Assembly: GCA_038087875.1 (NCBI GenBank)
Contig: JAXLNO010000033.1
Location: 1 to 64,000, forward strand
Source of the DNA: Malacoraja senta
Taxonomy: Eukaryota
Direction of reading: 5' to 3'
Length of the DNA stretch: 64,000 nt
Of the stretch, positions 48,616-61,471 are shown piece after piece. A program made the position numbers and the translations under genes. Every line of letters begins with the position of its first letter. The stretch's first letter is position 1. Below the pieces are notes generated by a model, which worked only from the letters and a program-made list of their open reading frames with translations, was not told where the DNA came from and searched no databases.

Positions 48616-51600
48616 ATGGTCAATTTTTGCGCTGTAAATAATTGTGGAAATTGGGGTAACCGTGAGAGACATTTATCCTACTTCAGAATTCCACAAATGA
48701 AGAGAAATGATGGTAGGGAGAAGCGAGAGCTGAAGGTACAACAGCTAAAGTGGTTGGCGAACATTGGCCGTGCAGATATCAAAATTAAAAATATTGGTAA
48801 TTATTGCGTTCGCTCACTGCATTTCATCAACATTAAGGCATTATTTGTGATTTTTCTTGATTCGTTTGGTATCTAAATTTTCAGAAGTGATAAATTTTAA
48901 AATCGCCCATGGTTCTCAAGTGGGTTTTTACATGCAAAAAGAAAAAGCTTATGAAGCTAAATTTATCATTAAAAAAATCGCAAACCATACGTGGGTTTTG
49001 AATTACATTTTACTCAGATGCAAGCCAAGGAATGGCATAATTGTTAGCTGTTAATTGGACATAATCAACCTCAGCAAATTGACAATATCTTTGTAAGGGA
49101 GTGGGTGTTTAACTTGACATGGAAACACAAACACCAGTCAAAGAGACAATGGACACATCAACACAAACAGACCTGTGTGCAGCAGACTGGAAGCACAAGC
49201 AGACAATAACAATAAAGAGATCGCTAAAGCAAGACAAGAAGCAGCCCAAATTAAGTTTACACTAGAACGTTTTTCCAAGGACAACAAAAAGATTTAAGTT
49301 TCACACGGGTTTACCAACGTTTGCCATTTTGATGTTGGTCTTAAACATAGAAACATAGAAACATCGAAATTAGGTGCAGGAGTAGGCCATTCGGCCCTTC
49401 GAGCCTGCACCGCCATTCAATATGATCATGGCTGATCATCCAACTCAGTATCCCGTACCTGCCTTCTCTCCATACCCTCTGATCCCTTTAGCCACAAGGG
49501 CCACATCTAACTCCCTCTTAAATATAGCCAATGAACTGGCCTCGACTACCCTCTGTGGCAGAGAGTTCCAGAGATTCACCACTCTGTGTGAAAAAAGTTC
49601 TTCTCATCTCGGTTTTAAAGGATTTCCCCCTTATCCTTAAGCTGTGACCCCTTGTCCTGGACTTCCCCAACATCGGGAGCAATCTTCCTGCATCTAGCCT
49701 GTCCAACCCCTTAAGAATTTTGTAAGTTTCTATAAGATCCCCTCTCAATCTCCTAAATTCTAGAGAGTATAAACCAAGTCTATCTAGTCTTTCTTCATAA
49801 GACAGTCCTGACATCCCAGGAATCAGTCTGGTGAACCTTCTCTGCACTCCCTCTATGGCAATAATGTCCTTCCTCAGATTTGGAGACCAAAACTGTACGC
49901 AATACTCCAGGTGTGGTCTCACCAAGACCCTGTACAACTGCAGTAGAACCTCCCTGCTCCTATACTCAAATCCTTTTGCTATGAAAGCTAACATACCATT
50001 CGCATTCTTCACTGCCTGCTGCACCTGCATGCCTACTTTCAATGACTGGTGTACCATGACACCCAGGTCTCGCTGCATCTCCCCTTTTCCTAGTCGGCCA
50101 CCATTTAGATAATAGTCTGCTTTCCTGTTTTTGCCACCAAAATGGATAACCTCACATTTATCCACATTATACTGCATCTGCCAAACATTTGCCCACTCAC
50201 CCAGCCTATCCAAGTCACCTTGCAGTCTCCTAGCATCCTCCTCACAGCTAACACTGCCCCCTAGCTTAGTGTCATCTGCAAACTTGGAGATATTGCCTTC
50301 AATTCCCTCATCCAGATCATTAATATATATTGTAAATAGCTGGGGTCCCAGCACTGAGCCTTGCGGTACCCCACTAGTCACTGCCTGCCATTGTGAAAAG
50401 GACCCGTTTACTCCTACTCTTTGCTTCCGGTTTGCCAGCCAGTTCTCTATCCACATCAATACTGAACCCCCAATACCGTGTGCTTTAAGTTTGTATACTA
50501 ATCTCGTATGTGGGACCTTGTCGAAAGCCTTCTGGAAGTCCAGATACACCACATCCACTGGTTCTCCCCTATCCACGCTACTAGTTACATCCTCGAAAAA
50601 TTCTATAAGATTCGTCAGACATGATTTACCTTTCGTAAATCCATGCTGACTTTGTCCAATGATTTCACCACTTTCCAAATGTGCTGCTATCCCATCTTTA
50701 ATAACTGACTCTAGCAGTTTCCCCACTACCGATGTTAGACTAACTGGTCTGTAATTCCCCGTTTTCTCTCTCCCTCCCTTCTTAAAAAGTGGGGTTACGT
50801 TTGCTACCTGCCAATCCTCAGGAACTACTCCAGATTCTAAAGAGTTTTGAAAGATTATTACTAATGCATCCACTATTTCTGGAGCTACTTCCTTAAGTAC
50901 TCTGGGATGCAGCCAATCTGGCCCTGGGGATTTATCGGCCTTTAATCCATTCAATTTACCCAAAACCACTTCCCGACTAACCTGGATTTCACTCAATTCC
51001 TCCAACTCCTTTGACCCGCGGTCCCCTGCTATTTCCGGCAGATTATTTATGTCTTCCTTAGTGAAGACGGAACCAAAGTAGTTATTCACTTGGTCCGCCA
51101 TATCCTTGTTCCCCATGATCAACTCACCTGTTTCTGACTGCAAGGGACCTACATTTGTTTTAACTAATCTCTTTCTTTTTACATATCTATAAAAACTTTT
51201 GCAGTCAGTTTTTATGTTCCCTGCCAGTTTTCTTTCATAATCTATTTTTCCTTTCCTAATTAAGCCCTTTGTCCTCCTCTGCTGGTCTCTGAATTTCTCC
51301 CAGTCCTCCGGTATGCTGCTTTTTCTGGCTAATTTGTACGCATCATCCTTCGCTTTGATACCATCCCTGATTTCCCTTGTTATCCACGGATGCACTACCT
51401 TCCCTGATTTATTCTTTTGCCAAACTGGGATGAACAATTTTTGTAGTTCATCCATGCAGTCTTTACATGTCTTCCATTGCATGTCCACCGTCAACCCTTT
51501 TAGAATTAATTGCCAGTCAATCTTGGCCAATTCACGTCTCATACCTTCAAAGTTACCTTTCTTTAAGTTCAGAACCATTGTTTCTGAATTATCAATGTCA

Positions 51601-52500
51601 CTCTCCATCCTAATGAAGAACTCAACCATATTATGGTCACTCTTGCCCAAGGGGGCACGTACAACAAGACTGCTAACTAACCCTTCCTCATTACTCAATA
51701 CCCAGTCTAAAATAGCCTGCTCTCTCGTTGGTTCCTCTACATGTTGATTTAGATAACTATCCCGCATACATTCCAAGAAATCCTCTTCCTCAGCACCCCT
51801 GCCAATTTGATTCACCCAATCTATATGTAGATTGAAGTCACCCATTATAACTGTTTTGCCTTTGTCGCACGCATTTCTAATTTCCTGTTTGATACCATCT
51901 CCAACTTCACTACTACTGTTAGGTGGCCTGTACACAACACCCACCAGCGTTTTCTGCCCCTTAGTGTTTCGCAGCTCTACCTATACCGATTCCACATCCT
52001 CGAACCTAATGTCCTTCCTTTCCATTGCGTTAATCTCCTCTCTAATCAGCAACGCTACCCCACCTCCTTTTCCTTTCTCTCTATCCCTCCTGAATATTGA
52101 ATATCCCTGGATGTTCAGCTCCCAGCCTGGGTCACCCTGGAGCCATGTCTCCGTGATCCCAACTATATCATAGTCATTAATAGCTATCTGCACATTCAAC
52201 TCATCCACCTTATTACGAATGCTCCTTGCATTGAGACACAAAGCCTTCAGGCTTGTTTTTACAACACTTACCCCTTATATTACCCCGTCTTCAATTATGT
52301 TAAGGACAAGCTCCCCAATAGACATTCACTAACACATTTTCAGCAGTTGCTGATCATCTTGATGAAGCTACGACTTGCAGCGCCTCATGAAGATCTTGCG
52401 TACATGATGACCAACTCTGAAAGTCAAGTACCTCAAATTTATAAAATTGCAACGATCTGTTGTGCACTTTTCAACTTAATAAATCCATAGTCCCACAGTG
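48616..52500 (+). pseudogene. ISL2EU-type transposase: THAP and HTH present, DDE core deleted; split by CR1
   Basis: THAP CAVNNC..YFRIP..W..RAD..SLHF; KFHTGLPTF..MLV|FNYV...FQQLLIILMKLRL..EDLAY, then a jump to KIATICCALFNL. Confidence 0.8.
49343..52286 (-). mobile_element. Young CR1 LINE truncated at the ORF2 start (APE-RT)
   Basis: CLNARSI, GITETW, MGDFN, SDH, DFQKAFD, PQGSVLGP, FADD; (ctatgttt)n tail; TSD gtctt; one stop at about 51981 and a late frameshift. Confidence 0.95.
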
Positions 52501-53219
52501 GGTGCAGATAGTTGTGCTTTCCTATGGGGTATATACGAACAATAAAAACTTCCAAAAAAGTTACTTGGCTCATCGGCATTTATTATGGATGAAATTGCAA
52601 GTAATTGCCAAACCATTGAATAACAAACACAGAAGTTAAAGTGCACTTTAAAATCCTTAACATTAAACTTAATTAGAACAGTTTAAAAAACAGACTGGTG
52701 TTTTTTAAAGTGAACACAAAATAGTAAGATTAAATGAGAACTTACCAGTTTGAAGTTTGATCTGTATTTTATGAGGAGTTACGATGAGGGATTACGTGAA
52801 GAACCCGTCCAGCACGCATGCGCGGCATACTTCAAAGCAGCGGTGTGGAATCACAGGAAACACAATAATTGAAATAAACATAGTAAAGAAAAGGAGAACT
52901 AAGATACCAGTTGATCTCTATAATTGAGGGTGGGAGCGGAGGGCACGTAATCCCTCATCGTAACTCATAAAATACAGATCAAACTTCAAACTGGTAAGTT
53001 CTCGTTTAATCTTACTATTTTACTTCGGAGTCACGTGAGTGACTACGTGAAGATTTTAAAGCTCTGTGATTTCAAACCGTGTAACAGTTCATACTTCACT
53101 CGCTGCCGAAGTCATTCAAGGGAGGAAGTATGTTATCGTAATCAACCATGAATCTGTTTGTAAACAATAATGGTATTTATTAAACAATAACAAAAGAAAA
53201 ATGCTCCCCCGGGCTTAAA

Positions 53220-54191
53220 TTATATATTTGCAGATTCTAAAACTCTTTCTGCAAATAACACAGGTTCTGCTAGCGGTTTGTTGTAGAACGTTTGGAACGT
53301 TTTCTCCATGGACCACCCCGCTGCAGCCAGGATGTGGTCCAGTGGCACGTCCATCCTTTTAGCCGCCGATGTGGATGCTGCCCTGGTGGAGTGAGATGTA
53401 TATACGTCAGTATCTACTCCAGCAGCTCCCAGTACCTGCTTGAGCCATCTTGAGATGGTTTGGCTCGACACCCGACCATGAGGTTTCTTGTGGCTGACCC
53501 ATAAGGCTTTTTCTCTCCCTCGGGAATCTCTTGTTGTGTTGATGTAAGTGAGTATGTGAGTCAAGACACACAACCGTGGGTCAGGTGGGTGTGCCCGAAA
53601 ATCCATAACTATGCCTGAAGTTCCAGGCCTGCTCTGCTTTACCAGCTCCTGAATGGTGAATGAGACCCGGTCTGGTGATATAACCATGTTGTCCAGTCGC
53701 AGTAAGTGGAGGGACTGGACTCTTTGTGCTGAGACTAGTGTCATCAGCATGACCGTTTTCAGGGTGAGAGACCTGGCTGGTGACCACCCCCTTAGGTATG
53801 TCAGGACCACACTGACATCCCAGATTTGGGTGTTCCTAGGTCTAGGGGGGTTGGAGTTGAATATACCCCTCATGAGTTTGATCACCAGCGGGTGAGACCC
53901 TATGGCCTATTGTCCTGGTGCTTGTTTTAAGTAGGCTGACAGAGCACTTCTGGCAGTATTGATGGCGCTGTAGCTCAGTCCTTCATTATGGTGAAGGCCA
54001 GCCAGGAACTCCAGTACATTGGTTATGGTTGTAGATGAGTATGTTGTCCCAGTATTCGAGCAGTATCTTTCCCACTTCCTGATGCTCGATAGGTATTGTT
54101 TCCTGGTGGACATACGGTGGGACGCTGTCATCATGTTGATGGTCCTGTCAGACAATCCCAGGCCCAGCAGTGGTCTTTTCATAATCTGCAA
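53220..54191 (-). pseudogene. DIRS tyrosine recombinase, one internal stop
   Basis: SAQRV (R), HSTR (HxxR), AAGW...TFY (Y). Confidence 0.9.
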
Positions 54192-56148
54192 CCCAGTAGG
54201 TTAATTTTGTCATGGCATGGATGACTTATGCCTGATACCGGGTGAGTCAATAGGTCTGGGCTAATGGGAAAGGCCATAGGAGTTTCGATGACCATGTCGA
54301 GGACCACTGGGTACCATGGCTGTGTAGGCCAGTCGGGTACTATCAAAATACCTGAAGCAGAGTCCATCTGTATTTTGCGTAGTACCCTACTGATGAGGCA
54401 GCAGCGCGAATGCATCTATCGCTGCTGCCTCAGGGTCTGGTTCCCAAGCGACATACATTGGTACCTGGTGATTTAGTCTGGATGCAAAGAGATTGATATC
54501 TGGTGTGCCATATTGCTTTGTAATTTTAGCAAAAGCTTTAGGATTTAACATCCATTCGGTGTTATCATTCAATTTGCGTGACCTGGTGTCTGCCTCTGTA
54601 TTTAGCTTACCTGGTAGGTAAGTTGCTGATAGCTAAATATGTCTATCGACACACCATTGCCAAATTGTCACATGATATCGATTTTATTCCGCCCATATGG
54701 TTAATATAGGCCACCACCGTGGTATTATCAATCTGTAAACGAACATGCAAATGGTGCATATTCGTAGAATAGGCTTTTAAACCATAAAATGCACCCAACA
54801 TTTCCAAATAATTTATGCCCAGTGTTTGTAGTAAAGATGATTCTAGGTTAGTCCATCTACCACCTGTGCTGGATATGGTATTAGTTGCTCCCCAGCCTTG
54901 AGCACTGGCATCTGTTTGTATAGTTAACGTTGGGTTATTGATGATGATAGGGCTGGAACTATGCCAAATGTGCTCTATCCACCACTGTAACTCTGATATT
55001 GCTTCAATGGGTAATTTCATGGTTCGGTCAAAGTGACCTGCATGTCATTTTAACGCTTGTACTTTTGCCCTTTGTAGGTTTTGATAGTGCAGAGGTCCAA
55101 ATTGTGTAGCTGGAAATGCTGCTACCATTTTGCCAATTACTCTTGCCACTTGTCGGATGGTTGGTCGATCGCTAACCATTAAATTGTTACACGTCTGTGC
55201 CAATTCTGCTGTTTTATCTTTTGGCAACATTACAGACATGTGGACTGAGTTAATTGTGAATCCCAGATAGTCCGTAGTTGTTGATGGCGTCAACTTAGAT
55301 TTATCTGGATGTAAGACAAATCCCAGGGTTTCAAACAATTGTTTGGTAGCTAATACAGCTGATTTAGCTAACTCCATGGTTTTGCCTACTATTAGAATAT
55401 CATCAAGATATGCCATGACAATATGTCTCTGTTTTCTTAATGTTGCCAAGGCTGGTTTTAATATCTTGGTAAATAGTCTTGGGGCTGATGTTAACCCATT
55501 AGGCAACGCTTTAAATTGCCATAGTTGCCCCATCCAGGTAAATTTCAGGTTTCTGCGATGACCCTTTTGAATGGGTACAGTATAGTAGGCATCTTTTAAA
55601 TCAATGCTTGCCATAAAGTATCCTTTGGAAATCAGTTGTTTGGCAGTTACAAATGTTTCCATTTTGAAATGTATATACTTAACAAAGGTATTTAGTGTGG
55701 TTAAGTCAATGATGATGCGAAATACACCATCTTTTTTGTTTTTGGTAAATATATTTGAGACAAATTCCAAAGGTCCATGTTTGGATTTCTCAATGATACC
55801 CTTTGTAAGTAACCTCACCAGTTCTGCTTGACCCTCTAGTTTTTCTTTGACTGAGAGGGTAAAGACCTTTTGGCGTACATGCTGAACTGGTGGCATATTT
55901 TTTTGAATGAACTCTATTTTGTATCCACGAATACTGTTAAGTATATAACTATCATTCGTGATAGACCTCCATGCTTCAATGAACAGGTGTAATCTCCCCC
56001 CTGTTAGTACAGTTCCCCCACTTTTTATATGCTGGTAGGAACCAGACCCACCTACCTCCATAGTTATGGGAGTGTTCCTTTCTTCGGTTTCTTCATCTGT
56101 CGTTGAACTGCTGGATGTACTGCTGGTTGGGGGTGGCGCATTTTCCAT
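54179..56148 (-). pseudogene. DIRS RT-RNase H-MT ORF, frameshifted
   Basis: GGRL..F..AW, IDLKDAY, LPNGL.SAPR.F, YLDD, TDAS..GWG, IN.LE, DN, D.NLFAS, PDWP.QPWY. Confidence 0.9.
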
Positions 56149-57326
56149 GGGGTCCGCTCTGGGCCCTGGTCTAAAAAAGGCTTTCGGGGATGGTATGCGG
56201 ACCCCGAGCTTTCACCAGTCCCATAAGTTTGACGTCGACTGGCGGACGCGGTGGGGTGCTGCCGTCTGGGTTGTGTGGGTCTGCTCATTCCGGGGCCTGC
56301 CCTCATGAGGCCGAATGCTTTGGACTCTTCCTCCAGGTCTTCCACTTGTTTTGACAAGTCCTTTCCAAATAACAGGATCTGTGGCTCTGAGGCCGGTGTT
56401 TTGCACAGTCCTGCATATTTGGGATTGAGGGCAGGTCTTATTATCTTCTTGCGGAGGTTGTTTATCTCATATTGAGTGTTGCACAGCAGAGCCAGAGTGT
56501 CTTGCTGGTTGGTGGTCATATCCACCCCATCCACGGAACGAGCATAGGATGTTATACCTGTCGTCAGGAGCTTGAGGATACGCTGTAATTTTAGCTCCTG
56601 GTTCCGGATACTCTGTCCAACGTACCCCCAGATTTGGCTGTTAACGGCCAGTACGTTGAGTGAACTGCAGTTATCCGGAGGCGAGTAGAGTTCTAGTGCC
56701 TCATTGACTACCTGTTCTTGTAGGGGTTTGAGGGACAGGTAGTCAATGCTGGCCGCCAGTCTTGGCTGCAATGGCCGCCCTGCTCGTGGTGTAGCCACGT
56801 AGCGATTCACCGCACCAAGCAGCTCTTCCTGGTCCTGTACCCCATGCGTACTCCCGATATCTTCGGCCAATGACCCCTGTTCCTGACCAGCCCTGCCCTG
56901 GTCGCCAACGCTGCCCTCGGCTGAGGGGGAAGCGATGGCCATTGCATTGTAAGGCACTGGTGTGGGAGTGCCTGAATTCCGTTGGCGAGACTGCTCCAGC
57001 TCCCGAAGCAAGTCTCGCTGGAGCATTTGCTCCATGAGCCTTTCCATGCGGCTCAGGCGGCTACCTCTGCCGCTCTCAGGCGGAGAGTCCTCCTCATCGG
57101 AGTTATCTGATATCACCGGTCGGTCAGTTTTTCGTTTTGATTTACCTCCAGTCCGCTGCTGTTGCTCAGGCTGCGCTAGCGGTACTGGGCTCGGCTCGGT
57201 CTTAATGATTGTGGACCGCAGCGTGTGCGGTCCAGGTGCCGCCTCTCGCCCCCCACTGATGGGACACTCCTGTTCTGTTGGAGTCGAATGGGGGGCGGTC
57301 TTTTTCCCTTGCCGTGCTTTGCTCAT
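56064..57326 (-). CDS. DIRS ORF1 (gag-like), intact, 420 aa
   Basis: PPDNC..L.V..VN..IW, RKKIIRPALNP.Y, LFGKDL. Confidence 0.85.
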   Translation of the reverse strand: MSKARQGKKTAPHSTPTEQECPISGGREAAPGPHTLRSTIIKTEPSPVPLAQPEQQQRTGGKSKRKTDRPVISDNSDEEDSPPESGRGSRLSRMERLMEQMLQRDLLRELEQSRQRNSGTPTPVPYNAMAIASPSAEGSVGDQGRAGQEQGSLAEDIGSTHGVQDQEELLGAVNRYVATPRAGRPLQPRLAASIDYLSLKPLQEQVVNEALELYSPPDNCSSLNVLAVNSQIWGYVGQSIRNQELKLQRILKLLTTGITSYARSVDGVDMTTNQQDTLALLCNTQYEINNLRKKIIRPALNPKYAGLCKTPASEPQILLFGKDLSKQVEDLEEESKAFGLMRAGPGMSRPTQPRRQHPTASASRRQTYGTGESSGSAYHPRKPFLDQGPERTPWKMRHPQPAVHPAVQRQMKKPKKGTLP

Positions 57327-58779
57327 TTTTCCACCTTCTTCAACCTGGAATTCACAAAGCAGAGCAAAGCTTCCTAAGTACGACCTCAGAGTAAGTACTT
57401 ACCTGATGGTCCGCTTTTTTAAACTTGTAGCGGGAGCGCCTGTACTCCCGTTCGTCGCTGTTGCACTGCGTGAACGCTAATGCGCGCACGCGTGCTGGAC
57501 GAGTTCTTCACGTAGTCACTCACGTGACTCCAAAGTAAAATAGCCTATTACGTGGCTTTATGAAGTGCAAGGCAAACGTGGTATACAAATGCTAGATTTG
57601 GTATTTAAGAGAAACATGTTCAGCTCAACACTTGCCGTTCATTTCTTTTTGGGAGGCTTTCTTTTTTGATTTTGGGAGCAGACTACAATCTGGGCAAAAC
57701 CATATTTTTTGGTGTTTCATAATTTTCTGGAAATTTCAGGCATTCAAAATGAAACCACGAAATAGGACACTTTCGGTTATCACACATGATCATTTTCCCA
57801 CTTTCCCCCTCCTGACAATAGCAGCATTTTTGTTCATCCTGGTCATCGTTCTCTATGACATTCTCTGACATATTTTGGGATGACTGGTAAAATGCTTGCC
57901 AACAAGCTCCTAAACGCCTAAATTGAAGTAACACGCCTAAATTGAAGAACTGAGTGGCAGCAGCTACAACATCTGTCCAAAAAGTATGATTACCCACGAT
58001 ACACTCTATATGGGGACGAACGCCATCACTGGTCCAAACCACAAAATCGAAAAACTATCTCTCTGAGACAAATATTTGGGCCTGGACCTGGTAGTAGTAA
58101 GCATGCTCATTGGACAGATGAAGCTCACCATTCACATTCTGAAGACAAAACTGTTCGCCCACCGCAGCTGACATTAAAGACATGTCCTTCTCACTACAGA
58201 ACGGACAGTTAATTTCACAAACACCAAAATGCTCATCCCCGCAACAATGCTCAGCACACTGAACCAGTCCATCTGCACACAAATGAGGATACTTGGGGTT
58301 TATGATCAGTCCTGAGTCTTTCATTATGAAACCGGAGTGTTCAGTATACATATAATCCTCATAAGCTTGTCTTGCTTGCCGTTCATAATCACAGCCCCAT
58401 CTTGTGGCCTCAGTGCTAAATCTGCACAGATCAGGGTACCACACCAATTTGATCACACTAATTGCAGGAGAACCTGTATTTGTCCTGCAAACACTTTTCA
58501 GTTTTGATGCTGTTATGCGTCCTGCCTGATACCAAAACCAGAGATTTGATTTGGCTTGCTGACGAGTGTGTGCCTCCACATTCTTTGCCCCCTCTTCCGT
58601 AACAGAATAATCAACATCTGCACATCTCTTTAGAAGATCAGCATATGTTAAGGTGAATGTGTCTTTGTCCGTTAAGTCTGTAAGAATGGGTGGAATTTCT
58701 ATAAGTCTCAGCAGAATCAAATCTTGCTGCATAAGGGTCAACAGAGCTGAGTATGGCCAATCGTGTTGTCATCAGGGAC

Positions 58780-60734
58780 CAGGCACGTGCCGTGAGTAAA
58801 TACTCAGGGTAGGCAGTCAGTCAGCTTTAAAAAAATCTTAAACCGCACATGCGCAGATTGTTCTCCTCTCCGTCAGCTGTCAGTCGACTTTTATAAAGTA
58901 ATTTGTCTTCAAAAGCCATATCTCTTAATAAAGTACCGTATTTCCCGGCAATGAAGACGCACCTGCGTAGAAGAGGCACCCCCATTTTGAGTTGCTACAT
59001 TTTGAAAGAAGGCTGGCAGGACATAGAATTTCTCACGCTCAAAAAAATAAAAAATTAAAATAAAGAAAGTAACAGTTCACTTTGCCCAAGGCTTCCAAAT
59101 CTCCTTCGTTCTGAATTACTGAATGGGTGGATCACTGAATGGGTGGAGGGTGGCAGGTGGAGAGATGGCAGGAAAAGCAGGAGCACACCGGGACAAGTTA
59201 AATTAGTTGTGAACTTTTTGAATGACAATACTAGTTCAAGGAACCAATTGGGGGGAAGAGTTCCTTTCACATTCGTGTGGGGCGTCTGGCCAAGGGTAAA
59301 GTTGCGGGGCGGGCAGGAGCGTTGAGAAGGAGGGGGTCGAGGATCATGCCAGTCACTCACTCACCACTGCCGCGGCGCTCCGGGCGCGGAGCCCCCACAT
59401 TGTGGCCGGGGAGGGAATTAGCTCGGGTGGCTGCGAGCGGCCGCTGGGACCGGGCAGCGGAACCGGCCGACACCTGCGCCTTCTGTCGGCTCGCTCACCT
59501 CTGGCAGATAACAGGACAGTGGGCGGTGGAGCTTACTCCTGTGTCAGCGCGAACAAGGGCCAATTGAGGTTACTCGCGCTGACACAGGAGTAAGCTCCAC
59601 CGCCTGCTGTCCTGTTATCCATCGCCCGCAGACCCACTCTTGAGCTGTTCCCCTCACTGTCGATCCACATTGAAAGACACGGACCGGGCAGTGAATACCA
59701 TGCAGTGTCACCCAGCGCAGCAAGGGAGGCCATGTCCTGCTCCCGACTGCAGTCGGAATTTAAGGATTTGCGGGAAGTGGCTGACATGAGCAAGGCCAGC
59801 GAGCGGCAGGAGAAAGGTGTTCAGACACAGAGCACTGCCAGAGGTGAGCAGGTCGCAGAAGGAGCTGAGGCGGCGGCCGGTTCCGCAGTCCGTTCCCGGC
59901 GTCCGCTCGCAGTCACCTGAGCTACTTCCCTCCCCGGCCACAATGCGGTGACTCAGCGCCCGGTGCGCCGCAGAAGCGGTGAATGAGTGAGTTTCTGGCA
60001 TGATCCCCGACCCCCTTCTTCTCAATGCTCCTGCCCTCCCCGCAACTTTACTCCTGGCCAGACTGCCCACATGCTGTGAAAGGAACTCTCCCCCAACCCC
60101 CCAGCGGCGCTGTCCTTTTACGACCGCTTCCCACTTTACAGCCGCTTCCCATCAGCTGCCAGCAATGAGGGATAGACTTGGATATCCCTCAGTACAGCAA
60201 CATCGTTCTTGATGTTGCTGTACTGAGGAACAGCCAGGTCTATCTTTCTTGGCTAACAACCTAACCTTCGGCCTGCTGGTAAATTGTCGTGCCTTATATT
60301 CTGGGTAAACAATAGCGTCTTCATTGCTGGGAAATACGGTATTTAAAAACATAAAGCTCAAAGAAATCTACTTACCACATTATTTGTACACGAACTACGT
60401 TCTTCTCTCTTTGTTTCATAAGATACTCTTAAGATAAGGACGATCCATGTTTGAAAAACCCGCCAAGAAACTTGCGCTGCACATGCGCAGACCACGGTGT
60501 AAAGGCAGAATTTCAGCTAGATTCAGCTTCCCTTGTCATTGAAGGGTTGAAGCAGCGTCGACGGCACATACTTTCGCGTATTACATGTACTGCGGATGAA
60601 AGGCATGGGAGAATTATGCCTACTTAGGTAATCATAATTCTCCCGTGCCTTTACTATTTATATTTAATAATTACCATTTTATAATTTTAGTCAGGGTAGG
60701 CAGTGCCTACCTTGCCTACCCTGATGGCACGTGC
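58780..60734. mobile_element. Non-autonomous hAT element, copy B (longer relative of 7398-8327)
   Basis: Same termini caggcacgtgccgtgagta... and ...ccttgcctaccctgatggcacgtgc; right end clipped, no TSD. Confidence 0.85.
58936..60339. mobile_element. Tc2/pogo-like MITE nested in hAT copy B
   Basis: TA|ccgtatttcccggcaatgaagacgc ... gcgtcttcattgctgggaaatacgg|TA. Confidence 0.85.
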
Positions 60735-61410
60735 ATAACAAAAGTCCACTCAGTACTTTGTCCTGCAGCAACTCCGATGCTCGACAAGAAGCGGGTGACA
60801 TTGATGGAACTTCATCTCTGGTTTGTTGCTGTTTCGGCTCAGTCCCATCTATGGTAGCATCAAGCCATCTTTTCTTCTGTGCTGCTGGAGAGAAGTTAAC
60901 TTTGCTGACAGGCGCAGCTTTAACCTGCTTTCTCATTGGCTCCATCCAATATGCTTTGACCTGGGTGACTGTTGTCTTCTCACTAATCTGTACTCCAGTC
61001 AATACCAAAGAGAACCGTCACTACATGGGTACAAACTTCTCCGAGCCCTGCCTTGCAATCGCAGTGGGCACTGTATATCTGGCCATTTGTCCCAATAACC
61101 CATGGCATCAATGGCTTAGAATTCACGCCGACAGCTTATGAGTGCAGAACCTGTGGTACGAGGATAATTGAAAAGAAAAAGAAAAAGTTTTAAAATAGCT
61201 TCCAATAAGTAATAGCATAAATAACATAAGTAAGTAATAGCATAATGATAGAAAACTTACTTTTCCACACACCACTCGTAAGTCTGGAGAATTATTTGCG
61301 ATGTATACACTAGTGTCGTGTAACCAACCATTAGCAAACTGATTGTAAGCCTCAGATGACTTGTTGGCCTGAAAATTCTTTGCTGTGTATGGACTTTGCG
61401 ATGAGATGAG

Positions 61411-61471
61411 GTAATAATAATAATAATAGATTTTATTTATATAGTGCTTTTCAGGACTCAAAGTCGCTTTA
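61411..61471 (-). mobile_element. ~60-bp L2 3'-tail insertion
   Basis: Nearly identical to the tail at 30265-30326; removing it restores DIMAY|LISS. Confidence 0.85.

Larger units (their letters stand above)
52718..57540 (-). mobile_element. DIRS1-like tyrosine-recombinase retrotransposon with complete terminal structure
   Basis: lITR about 57480-57540, ICR about 52944-53054 and rITR plus rE 52718-52830; gag, RT/RH/MT and YR ORFs. Confidence 0.95.

Noticed and set aside
48616..48876. Host THAP-domain gene
   Set aside because: It continues into a decayed HTH transposase region and is embedded in the transposon.
50131..51747. Antisense ORFs over CR1, L1 and DIRS
   Set aside because: Shadow frames of the real opposite-strand ORFs.
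58055..58741. YqaJ domain as evidence of a phage or large DNA virus insertion
   Set aside because: Its intron, SWIM/PHD fusion and convergent THAP transposase fit an ISL2EU-type transposon; no viral core genes are present.
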